In this document: one piece after another, positions 47,452 through 55,803 of the stretch | Layout of the letters: every line of letters starts with the position of its first letter | Numbering within the stretch: position 1 is the stretch's first letter | Source: an uncultured Gammaproteobacteria bacterium | GTDB taxonomy: Bacteria > Patescibacteriota > Patescibacteriia > PEXW01 | Assembly (NCBI GenBank): GCA_964486505.1 | Contig: CAZAMC010000001.1 | Location: 106,133-170,132, forward strand | Reading direction: 5' to 3' | Length of the DNA stretch: 64,000 bases | The notes under the pieces: model-generated | What the model saw: the letters and a program-made list of their open reading frames with translations, nothing else | What the model was told of the DNA's origin: nothing | The model's database searches: none | Translations under genes and position numbers: made by a program

Positions 47452-48090
47452 TCACTCCTGAAAAAATATCGCCATGACAAACGAAAATATCGCAAGAAGC
47501 CCCATAAATACAAAAAATGCGATGCGAAAGTACTTCCCCGATGGTCGCAACTTACCCGTGATATTGGAGCTATGGCGTATACCATGTGCTTGTAGCCATG
47601 CTGTAGCTTGTGTATGCATGTCGGCATTCGCGTACACTGGCACGCTCCAAGCACTACCACGCAACTTTAAGTAAATCACAGTAAGTGGCAGCTTCCCTTC
47701 TTCCTGGGTATCAGCGGCGATTTTTCGGACAGTAGCTGGTTTGTACACCGAAAGAGAGTTATCACCATACAACGAATACCACCGTATGTTTTTGAGCGGA
47801 ATGGTGCGGGTACGGTTATCTTGCAGGATTTCTACTGCATCGGGTCGAAAAGTATACGTCGCTTCTGCCACCCCACCCCGCTTGCGGAAGGCCAATACTA
47901 ACAGTACGCACGCGATTGCCAAAGGCAAGAGAAACCAAAGGTAAATTGGATCTTGCGAAGCAGCGTAGATGCCTATAGCAAGAGTGAGGAAAAAAGCCGA
48001 AACGAGTACTCGCAAACCTTGGTAGCTACTGGCGCCTCGCAGCGCAAGGTTCTCGCCTTTCAGGTACTTCCAAGTAAGTGTGTCATTCAT
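47452..48090 (-). CDS. Hypothetical membrane protein with possible bacterial PH-like domain
   Basis: TM pair, YTF....V.I......IP...I pattern, C-terminal TM; TG-TACAAT-N6-ATG. Confidence 0.6.
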   Translation of the reverse strand: MNDTLTWKYLKGENLALRGASSYQGLRVLVSAFFLTLAIGIYAASQDPIYLWFLLPLAIACVLLVLAFRKRGGVAEATYTFRPDAVEILQDNRTRTIPLKNIRWYSLYGDNSLSVYKPATVRKIAADTQEEGKLPLTVIYLKLRGSAWSVPVYANADMHTQATAWLQAHGIRHSSNITGKLRPSGKYFRIAFFVFMGLLAIFSFVMAIFFQE

Positions 48091-48094
48091 GTCG

Positions 48095-48268
48095 TTATTG
48101 TACCATTCGTCTCCGAATAAATCGTACAACCCCCACTATACCCAGAATGCCCAGTATCACCCCAATCCCCTGCGCCCCTGGGCTGTCATCATAGCCGCCG
48201 TACACCACCATGAACGCCCCGAACAGTATCGCCAAAATGGATAACCCGATTCGCGTCTTTCTATGCAT
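48095..48268 (-). CDS. Small two-TM membrane protein
   Basis: G..DDSPG.Q..G loop between two helices. Confidence 0.6.
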   Translation of the reverse strand: MHRKTRIGLSILAILFGAFMVVYGGYDDSPGAQGIGVILGILGIVGVVRFIRRRMVQ

Positions 48269-48318
48269 AGGAGCTACATACTTCCTTTCATTTCTTCCGC
48301 TATATCTCGTCTGCCTCT

Positions 48319-48573
48319 TCAATCTAGCTTCGACAGCCACAGCTTTCTAATAGAAGTCAGGGACACCGTTGAGAGCAAGTAGCCAATTGCCGGAACGAAC
48401 GCGGCTAAAAACGGTCGACTACTTTTTATGATGAGTAGCCACAGCAAGGCGAAGATGTAGGTAACTACTGTCACAAACCCACGCCGTACCCACGACGTTT
48501 CCCACGCTTTGTCCGCTTCCACGCGTTCATTGCGTTGCTGGATCTCCACAAGTTGTTTTTGGAGGTCTTCCAT
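48319..48573 (-). CDS. Small conserved membrane protein
   Basis: RN.RVEADKAWETSW.RR and A.VP..G..LST motifs. Confidence 0.7.
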   Translation of the reverse strand: MEDLQKQLVEIQQRNERVEADKAWETSWVRRGFVTVVTYIFALLWLLIIKSSRPFLAAFVPAIGYLLSTVSLTSIRKLWLSKLD

Positions 48574-48580
48574 GGGCATT

Positions 48581-48964
48581 CTATACATGGGCCTCCAAAA
48601 AAGCCTTCAATGCACCGAGGTCTTTTGCGTCCTTATCGTAGTGGTACGTGGTAATACCCACAGACTTCGCGCTCTCCACGGCTTCAGGGTTATGCTCAAA
48701 GTACACAACGTCCGCTGCGTTTAGCTGGTTCGCCTGAAGCATGGTCTTATAAAATACTGGGTTCACTTTGTCGGGATTGTGCTTCAGCGTGAACACGGGG
48801 TACGGAACCTTGTCCAGACCAAACTCCACCATCTGCTCATCATTGGCATTGGTCAAAATAATCTTCGGGTTAGGGTAAGTATCCAAAAGCTTTTGCATTG
48901 CAACATTAATCCCCTGCCCTTCGATAATAAACGTATTGTAAGCGTCAACGAGAATGGTTTTCAT
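48581..48964 (-). CDS. Minimal HAD-like protein
   Basis: ILVDA..TF, ILTNA, H.P.K, YFEH...AV.SA...GI. Confidence 0.75.
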   Translation of the reverse strand: MKTILVDAYNTFIIEGQGINVAMQKLLDTYPNPKIILTNANDEQMVEFGLDKVPYPVFTLKHNPDKVNPVFYKTMLQANQLNAADVVYFEHNPEAVESAKSVGITTYHYDKDAKDLGALKAFLEAHV

Positions 48965-48966
48965 AG

Positions 48967-50280
48967 TTACATTTTCGATAGTGCTACTACCTTAGGACTT
49001 CCATCCTGAATATAAAAACCGTCGTCATTCCTAAGTAATTGCCCTGGATCATTTCTATCAATTTTGAATATCTGAAAACTCACTGTATCGTTGTCCAGCC
49101 ATGTAACGACGCCATCGGCAAGGTAACACCCATGACCACACGACAACACACCATCAGCCTCAGCGTACTCAAATACCAGTTCCTGGCGCTTGAGCGTTAT
49201 AAAGTCATACACATAGAAAAGTGCTTTGGGCTCATCCCCTGAAATTGGGGTTTCCTTATCAAGCTCAGCTTCAGAAGTTGTGAATTCAATTGCTTTTGTA
49301 TGGTCGGGAGAAAGCACAAGATTTGGTAAATATGGAATTGTCCAATCTACGCCCTTTTTAACGACTTTGCCTGAATCTGTCTTCAGCGTCAGGTATGGAC
49401 CGTTGAATATGCACCCACCGCATCCGGCTCCGCCCCGAAAGAAGAAAGTAATTTCATTATTCTTGTCATAACGAAACCATTCGTCTGCGGCTTCGCCTAT
49501 GCTTCTAATACTATCATTAAACTTTGCGCCAGGATTCGTTTTACCAAATTCTCCCGAAGTAATTTGGCTATGAATTGTTTTATCAAAAACCCTAACCTTC
49601 TTTCTATACAAGCAGCTATTTACTATTGTGTAATCTTCTTTAGAGATTTCTTCTTCAAGAGTTAATGCGCAGTTTTTTGGACGCGTATACTGCTCATCCA
49701 ATTTCTTTGACTTATAATCATAGGCACAGCCATCATTCACTACCCAATTGGCATAGGGGTCATAAATATTATTTCGTTCAGCAAGTATTTCTTTTGGGCA
49801 AATTTGCTCAAGTATTCCTGGATTACTAGCAATATAATCATATTTTTTTTCCGTTTTCGTTTCTTCGCAGGTATAACCACTCAATGTTAGAGTTTTACCT
49901 TCTGGGCAAGTACATTGTTCACGTGCCATTTTTTTTGAAGAGTCCCATGTGCCCCCGCTGTAAAGGCAATTACTATAAACATAGTTGTCTCGGCATGTCT
50001 TAAACACCCTATCCGATGTACAAGAACCGTTTTCGCATTTGCTAGGCCCATACATTCCAAAGCAATCTAGCCTGGCTGTACATGTTTGCTCATCAAGAAT
50101 TTTAGAGCAGGTCGGTGAGCTTGCATTCACGTTGACTTGCTCGTTTGATTGAACGACAACTTGATTCACAGCATTACTTACCATCTTTTGTTTATGCCAA
50201 CTCCAATACCCTAGATATGCAATACCAAGGCAGCCAGCAACGGCGAGGACAAGAACTAAAATTCGTGGAGTAAGCTTCAT
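48967..50280 (-). CDS. Cys-rich membrane-anchored extracellular protein
   Basis: N-terminal TM; numerous Cys; CGGC and CGHGC motifs; AT-rich. Confidence 0.7.
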   Translation of the reverse strand: MKLTPRILVLVLAVAGCLGIAYLGYWSWHKQKMVSNAVNQVVVQSNEQVNVNASSPTCSKILDEQTCTARLDCFGMYGPSKCENGSCTSDRVFKTCRDNYVYSNCLYSGGTWDSSKKMAREQCTCPEGKTLTLSGYTCEETKTEKKYDYIASNPGILEQICPKEILAERNNIYDPYANWVVNDGCAYDYKSKKLDEQYTRPKNCALTLEEEISKEDYTIVNSCLYRKKVRVFDKTIHSQITSGEFGKTNPGAKFNDSIRSIGEAADEWFRYDKNNEITFFFRGGAGCGGCIFNGPYLTLKTDSGKVVKKGVDWTIPYLPNLVLSPDHTKAIEFTTSEAELDKETPISGDEPKALFYVYDFITLKRQELVFEYAEADGVLSCGHGCYLADGVVTWLDNDTVSFQIFKIDRNDPGQLLRNDDGFYIQDGSPKVVALSKM

Positions 50281-50363
50281 AAATAGGTGGATATGCCCTC
50301 TTGTTCACACAGTATAATTCTTTGCTTTTCTCTCGTATACCCCCTAGAAATCCCCTTACAACG

Positions 50364-50392
50364 TTGACAGCGCATAATGAACTATGTAGTGT
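50364..50392 (+). promoter_or_regulatory. Sigma70-type promoter of the 50426 gene
   Basis: TTGACA-N17-TAGTGT; GGAGGT SD before the ATG. Confidence 0.65.
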
Positions 50393-50425
50393 GCATGTAA
50401 ACTAAAAACAAACGATGGAGGTTGA

Positions 50426-50941
50426 ATGCACTTTAAATTCGGCGGTTTTGACACTTCTGCACTGTACGGGATTCTCGATGCTGTGGAGAAAAGCTTCATC
50501 ACCTTGTTCGAGCTGGATCTCCAAAATCCTCCGCGTCACCAAGGTGGCTTCTTCACCCTACGGGACGGCAAAACCGGAGACATTCTTATCGCTATCCAAG
50601 TTGGAGAAGTACCCCGGAAAGACCGCATGAAATGGTACCACCTAAGCCTGGAAAAAGGTGATCGACTCTTCCGAACATGGCATAAGAGCAGAATCGAGAG
50701 ACACCTCACGAGCTCGGAATCACGTGACCCAACACAAAACAAATTCGGCGGCGCGGTTATTGCCACAGAAGGTAAGTACCCGTACATTCTCTCGTTTCAC
50801 GGTCTGGGCGAAGAGCCTGATGAAGCGTTGATGGTCGCAACAGCCTTGAAGCTCCGCTGGATGTCTGCAGACATCGCACAGGAAATTGCTACCGCGTACA
50901 AAAATACTACGGCCCGCAATTTGCAGAAGCTCATGAGCTAA
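50426..50941 (+). CDS. Hypothetical protein, possibly GlcG/HbpS-like fold
   Basis: Own promoter, SD and terminator; EK, FGGAV, LSFHGL...DEA motifs. Confidence 0.6.
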   Translation: MHFKFGGFDTSALYGILDAVEKSFITLFELDLQNPPRHQGGFFTLRDGKTGDILIAIQVGEVPRKDRMKWYHLSLEKGDRLFRTWHKSRIERHLTSSESRDPTQNKFGGAVIATEGKYPYILSFHGLGEEPDEALMVATALKLRWMSADIAQEIATAYKNTTARNLQKLMS

Positions 50942-50961
50942 TACTCGCCCGACAGCGAACC

Positions 50962-50989
50962 AAGATCAGCCAGAAATGGTTGATCTTTT
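50962..50989 (+). terminator. Rho-independent terminator
   Basis: AAGATCAGCCA-GAAA-TGGTTGATCTT stem followed by T-run, between convergent genes. Confidence 0.75.
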
Positions 50990-51024
50990 CTATAGTCTGT
51001 AACACCTACAACTGTATCGCGTTC

Positions 51025-51321
51025 TTAAAAGTCCTTCGTAAACTTACACTTCGGGTAGTTCGTGCATCCAAAAAACGGCCCATATTTGCCGCTCCGTTCT
51101 AATAAATTCCCACCACACTGTGGGCATTTTTGATTCTGTGCCATGGTTGTTGCCTTTTTCGATTTTCTAAACAAACGAAACAATCCCTTTTCCAGCTTTG
51201 CAATCGCCAGAGTTAAAAGTACCGCCGCAATGCCCCCAATAACAAGCCATGGCAACATCGTTCGTAATGTTGATTGCGCTAGGAACCCAGCAGCATTCAC
51301 GAGTTGTGGGTCTGCGGCCAT
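51025..51321 (-). CDS. TM-anchored topoisomerase-I-type C4 zinc-ribbon protein
   Basis: CPQCGG.L.ER.GKYG.F.GC.NYPKC; N-terminal TM. Confidence 0.85.
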   Translation of the reverse strand: MAADPQLVNAAGFLAQSTLRTMLPWLVIGGIAAVLLTLAIAKLEKGLFRLFRKSKKATTMAQNQKCPQCGGNLLERSGKYGPFFGCTNYPKCKFTKDF

Positions 51322-51328
51322 TCTCTGT

Positions 51329-51760
51329 TTATTTCTTAAATGACACAAAGAATGGTATATCGTTCATCTGCACATAGTTAAACATCCAATACCCAGCACG
51401 TCGTGCCCGTTTAGAAAGCTGATGCTTTAGAAGATGCTTTTTAGGGACAAAGGGATAGAAACGAATTTCTTGCTTCCTTTTCTGTTTTTCTATCCATTTG
51501 AAATTTAGAAAAAGCGGCGGCACCATATATCCAGACTTAGTCACCTTATCCATTATCTGCCAGCCTGCGCCAAACACAATATTACTTGGCTTGCGGTTGT
51601 TAGTCTTTACCTGCGCCCGAAAAGAACAACCAGTGCACTGCACATCATAAAGCGGATACCCTGTCGGTAAACACATAAGCTTCTTGCCACAATTCGGACA
51701 AGGTACGTACTTAACTACCTCTAATTCCCCTTGTTTTCCAGATGCTTGGTTTCCTGCCAT
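51329..51760 (-). CDS. Stand-alone DpnI/Dam-replacing-like PD-(D/E)xK nuclease domain
   Basis: CPNCG..L, P..D..C..C...QVK, GA...M, PK, ARRAG.W..N....IP match the DpnI catalytic-domain pattern; no winged-helix domain. Confidence 0.7.
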   Translation of the reverse strand: MAGNQASGKQGELEVVKYVPCPNCGKKLMCLPTGYPLYDVQCTGCSFRAQVKTNNRKPSNIVFGAGWQIMDKVTKSGYMVPPLFLNFKWIEKQKRKQEIRFYPFVPKKHLLKHQLSKRARRAGYWMFNYVQMNDIPFFVSFKK

Positions 51761-51805
51761 GACCTCATTAGATCATGGTCAAACATCTTACGCAAGAAAA
51801 AAACT

Positions 51806-52897
51806 TTACTTACCAGCTTTGGTTCGGTTGTCTTCTTTGCACAACATCTGGCAATTTTCTGCTATTGTCTTGCCGCCCTCATGCCAAGGAGTTACGTGAT
51901 CAGCTTCCATCTCCGATATGTCATACTTTTTTTTGCAGAATGGGCAAATGGCCTTTTGTCGCTCATACGCTTCGCGCTTCATCTTGTCGGTAAATGCACG
52001 AATAGAAAGATACTTATCTTGCCTAGTTAAAATATATGGATAAATACCGGACTTTTTTGTGACGTCTTCATCTTGCATTAACTCCTTTACTTCGATTTCT
52101 AACTTTACTGCGTTTAATTTCCTTTCTTTATATTTATTAAATAACTCACCCCAATTTACATTCGACATTTCTTTTCGGTAATAGGGAAATGACTTGCGTA
52201 CCCAAGCAATCACGTCTTGAAAGTACTGCCATAATTCATCAGCGTTTTTATTGTGCTGGTGCTTTGCCATATAGTCTTCAATCTTGCCCTCATTTATCCA
52301 CGACAGGGCAGTTTCCAAATATTCTTGCCGTATTGGAGAACCGCTAAGCAACGGTCCGTCATCATTTGCTATATGATATGCAACACAGCCCGTCTTACTA
52401 AACTTGAGTTTCGCATCTGAAAGCCATGGGCCGGTATAAACTGCGTTGCGGATTTCTTGATCGGTTAATTTTTCTCCGGCAATATTGATAATTCTGAACC
52501 AGTCCAATCGTTCTTTATCCGTGCCTTCGCAAAAGTAAATCATTAGTTGGTAATCTAAAATCTGATCTTGTTCTTCCTTTAGAAGATTGTGAAAGTACCT
52601 TTCATCTAAGGAAAAATCGCCATTCACGAATTGACCGATACTAATTGTTCGCTGTTGACCATCCAGCACTTCATACCCGCCGTCCTCACGAACCATCCAG
52701 TACATAACATTAAGCGGAAAATTCTGTTTTACTGTTTCAAGCACTGCATTGCGTTGCTTATCCTTATAAACGAATTCACGCTGATATTTAGGACGAATAT
52801 CAAGTTTGCCACTGTAGGCAACCACACCTTCCTCGGCGCTATCTTTATAACCAGCGACCACTTCACGAATTGAAATTCTATGTAAATCAATTTTCAT
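51806..52897 (-). CDS. DUF262 (GmrSD-N/ParB-like) + HNH endonuclease
   Basis: P.YQR, DGQQR, F..IN..G..L DUF262 motifs; CPFC...EADH..PW..GG.T...N.Q.LC...N..K HNH. Confidence 0.88.
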   Translation of the reverse strand: MKIDLHRISIREVVAGYKDSAEEGVVAYSGKLDIRPKYQREFVYKDKQRNAVLETVKQNFPLNVMYWMVREDGGYEVLDGQQRTISIGQFVNGDFSLDERYFHNLLKEEQDQILDYQLMIYFCEGTDKERLDWFRIINIAGEKLTDQEIRNAVYTGPWLSDAKLKFSKTGCVAYHIANDDGPLLSGSPIRQEYLETALSWINEGKIEDYMAKHQHNKNADELWQYFQDVIAWVRKSFPYYRKEMSNVNWGELFNKYKERKLNAVKLEIEVKELMQDEDVTKKSGIYPYILTRQDKYLSIRAFTDKMKREAYERQKAICPFCKKKYDISEMEADHVTPWHEGGKTIAENCQMLCKEDNRTKAGK

Positions 52898-52899
52898 AA

Positions 52900-54009
52900 T
52901 TAAATCTTTCGTTTTCGAATTACTATTCTAAAATATGTATACCTTTTGCCATTATCTATTGAACACATATGCCTTCCGATCCTATTATTTCCTCTATTAA
53001 GTATAAGCTTGTCATGATCAAATAATTGATAACGATTTAACGCATTTACAATTTCAAATTGCTTAGGGTTATACTTGTCAAGAAAGGTAATGGGCACGCC
53101 CATAGCGCCATAAAAGTTTTTTGGTATCTCGTTAACAACATTTACATTAATAGCATCGTAGTTATCGAACTTTTGAAATTCGTCGGTGGTATAGGTCTTA
53201 TAAAGGTCCAGCTTCTCGTGACGCTTTACAGTATCTAAATTTGTAAACCAATTGATGGCCGGAACCTTAACATAGCCTTTGTCTGGGTCATACCCTTTTC
53301 CGATTACAAACTTTCTATTTGCCTCAAGATTATTTACATAGGGAGTCTTATAAACGACGGACATATTAAAACCGTAACCTGACCAAATTTTGTTCTCTTT
53401 TATCAGTCTAAAAATTTCTTTATAGGTAATGGCATTCATATTGCCTAAGATCAAAAACTTCTTATTATTTCCTACGAGCTGCGCAACATACTCACGAAAG
53501 AGAGAAAAAGGAGGGTTGGTTACAACAATATCTGCATGTTTGAGGAGCGCAACACATTCATCACTGCGAAAATCGCCGTTACCACTAAGCGGTATAGAAG
53601 TGTTTTTATCGTGCTTAAGCAATTGCTCAACGTCTTCAAGACTAATAGAGCCATTTTTATTTATGTCCTTCACTTCATTAATTTCAATTCTGTACGCTTC
53701 GGCACCTTTAGGTTTTATTGACTTCAAACCTTCCATTTTAAACAATGGCAACTGCTTGCCCGCAATAGGTGATTTTTTGTAGCTCGTAGTAACAAGTTTT
53801 TTCAATCTAAGGGCATTAAAGTTTGCAGCAAAATACTTGAAGAAGTTACTTTCAAATGGGTCGTCACAATTACAATAAACGATCTTCCCACGAAACTGAT
53901 CTTTATAGTGTTTCAATTCTTTTTCAACATCAACTAGCTGAGTATAAAACTCATCCTTTTTCGCATGGTTAGCTTTGCGTAAGCCCTTGTTTGAGGACTT
54001 TGTGGCCAT
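52900..54009 (-). CDS. Adenine-specific DNA methyltransferase, EcoRI family
   Basis: DEFYT, YCNCDDP..SNF, GDFRS.EC, VVTNPPFSLFR, MGVPITF. Confidence 0.9.
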   Translation of the reverse strand: MATKSSNKGLRKANHAKKDEFYTQLVDVEKELKHYKDQFRGKIVYCNCDDPFESNFFKYFAANFNALRLKKLVTTSYKKSPIAGKQLPLFKMEGLKSIKPKGAEAYRIEINEVKDINKNGSISLEDVEQLLKHDKNTSIPLSGNGDFRSDECVALLKHADIVVTNPPFSLFREYVAQLVGNNKKFLILGNMNAITYKEIFRLIKENKIWSGYGFNMSVVYKTPYVNNLEANRKFVIGKGYDPDKGYVKVPAINWFTNLDTVKRHEKLDLYKTYTTDEFQKFDNYDAINVNVVNEIPKNFYGAMGVPITFLDKYNPKQFEIVNALNRYQLFDHDKLILNRGNNRIGRHMCSIDNGKRYTYFRIVIRKRKI

Positions 54010-54059
54010 AATATCGATTAGGGATGAATGCTGCTAGTGTATTACGACTCCCCTAAAAA

Positions 54060-55799
54060 TCAACTCAATTTCTGCTTAACGAGTTTAGCTACATCCCTCG
54101 CAGAATCCTTACTAATCCCCCCAAACCCAGCATTAAACAAACGTCCAGGCACCCATATCCCCTTCACGCCCTTCTGTAAAAGTCTTTTCCAAAGATCCCA
54201 GTCCTGGTACCGCTTTAGGCTCTCATCAAAGCCAATGCAGTGCTCACGGCGGAGGAGGGACATTGTTGAAATGTAGTTGGCTTTTAGCAAGCGCTCGGGG
54301 TTGAAGTCGAAGAGGTCAAACGTATGCCAGCCGAACTTGAAGTCAGAATACGCATAGCCAGCTTCGGGGTGCAGAAGGAGGGCGCGGGCCATGCTCTCTA
54401 ACATAGTCGGCTGCAGCTGCACGTCGGCGTCGCAGTAGAGCACGAAGTCCCCGGTTGTCTTGGCAAACCCGGCATTGCGCGCGCTGGGGGCGCCTTTGTT
54501 TTCTTGGCGGATGAGCTGCACATTGAACTTCTTAGCGATTTCGGATGTGTCGTCTGTGGAACCATCATCAACCACCACAACTTCAAGCGGTTTTAGGGTT
54601 TGCGCGTTGAGGCCGTTCAAGGTTGTGGCAATGGTCTTGGCACTGTTGAACGCCGGGATAACAACGCTAACCTTTACCTTTGGGACGGTGGCAACCGTGT
54701 TCAAGAGTTCAGCGATGCGTGCGCGGCGTGTGTCCCAGCTGAACTGCTCTTTAGCAAACTTCTTGGCGCGGTCGCTGTACCGCTGAATCCGCAACGGGTC
54801 TTTGAGAAACGGTTCAATTGCTTTGGCAATTTCATCGGCTTCCCCGGGTTCAACCAGCTCACCAGTGAGGCCGGGTTCAATGGTCTCGGGTATGCCCCCA
54901 GTGTTGCTGGCAATCACGGGCAGGCCGTGGGCCTGGGCTTCCACGCTCACCAAGCCAAAGCCTTCCACATCGCCTCGCTTCCCTTCGAAACTCGGAAATA
55001 CAAAGAGGTCAGCCGCGGCATAGGCAACGTTCGTGTCTTCCACGTTATTCAGGACGTGAATGCGCTGTTCCAGTTTGTGCGTAGCAATCCGCGCCCGGAT
55101 GTTCCCCTCTTCGGCACCCCGGCCCACAATGAGGTAGTGCACGTGTGGGTACTGCGGCGCCAGCCACGCTACCGCATCAATTGCCAGCACGTGGCCTTTG
55201 CGCTCCACCAGCCGGCCCACCGTGAGCAGGATGTGCGCGTCCGCCGGCAGGTTGAGGGTTTTGCGGGCTTCGGTCTTCACAATCCCCTGCTCGGGAACAT
55301 CAGCCCCGGGGGTAAGGACAACTCGTCGACTTTCGGCTACGCCAAGGCGCTTGAGGTGCTGGTTAGTGAACTTGCTGTTCGCAACAACGAGGTCGGCTTG
55401 CCGGAGGTTCTTCCGCAGCATCCGGCGGCGCAAACCCCCGGCCGTGTCGTAGCTCAACACATCCATGCCGTGCGTAATGACCACCACCTTGGTGCCGTAG
55501 AGCTTGCGGCAGCGCAAAGCCGCCGCCAGGTAGGGCCCGTAGTGGCCCAGGACAATGACGTCGTAGTCATGCTTCTGTGTGAGCGCTGCAAAGCGGCGAT
55601 AGGTGCCCAACCACCGCGGCCGCAGTTTGCCGGTGAGCAACGGCTGCCGAATGAGCTTCCAACCGGCAACGACGCTCGATCCCGGTTCGGTGAGCACGTC
55701 CACGTTAACATCATGCCGCTCACCAAAGAGGTGCGCCAGAAACCGCTCTACCCCGCCGTAGGCGGGTAGGAACGTGGTCGTAACGAGGAGGACGCGCAT
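54060..55799 (-). CDS. GT4-GT2 fusion glycosyltransferase
   Basis: GT4: GG..R, VGRLV.RKG, EGFG...EA; GT2: SVVIPAFN, VDDGSTD, DAD, QDWD. Confidence 0.9.
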   Translation of the reverse strand: MRVLLVTTTFLPAYGGVERFLAHLFGERHDVNVDVLTEPGSSVVAGWKLIRQPLLTGKLRPRWLGTYRRFAALTQKHDYDVIVLGHYGPYLAAALRCRKLYGTKVVVITHGMDVLSYDTAGGLRRRMLRKNLRQADLVVANSKFTNQHLKRLGVAESRRVVLTPGADVPEQGIVKTEARKTLNLPADAHILLTVGRLVERKGHVLAIDAVAWLAPQYPHVHYLIVGRGAEEGNIRARIATHKLEQRIHVLNNVEDTNVAYAAADLFVFPSFEGKRGDVEGFGLVSVEAQAHGLPVIASNTGGIPETIEPGLTGELVEPGEADEIAKAIEPFLKDPLRIQRYSDRAKKFAKEQFSWDTRRARIAELLNTVATVPKVKVSVVIPAFNSAKTIATTLNGLNAQTLKPLEVVVVDDGSTDDTSEIAKKFNVQLIRQENKGAPSARNAGFAKTTGDFVLYCDADVQLQPTMLESMARALLLHPEAGYAYSDFKFGWHTFDLFDFNPERLLKANYISTMSLLRREHCIGFDESLKRYQDWDLWKRLLQKGVKGIWVPGRLFNAGFGGISKDSARDVAKLVKQKLS

Positions 55800-55803
55800 G
55801 GTT

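Noticed and set aside
38012-50280. Integron cassette array
   Set aside because: No IntI, and intergenic gaps are too short or lack RYYYAAC...GTTRRRY attC structures
46800-54050. Prophage or integrative element
   Set aside because: No integrase, terminase, capsid, relaxase or att-like direct repeats seen
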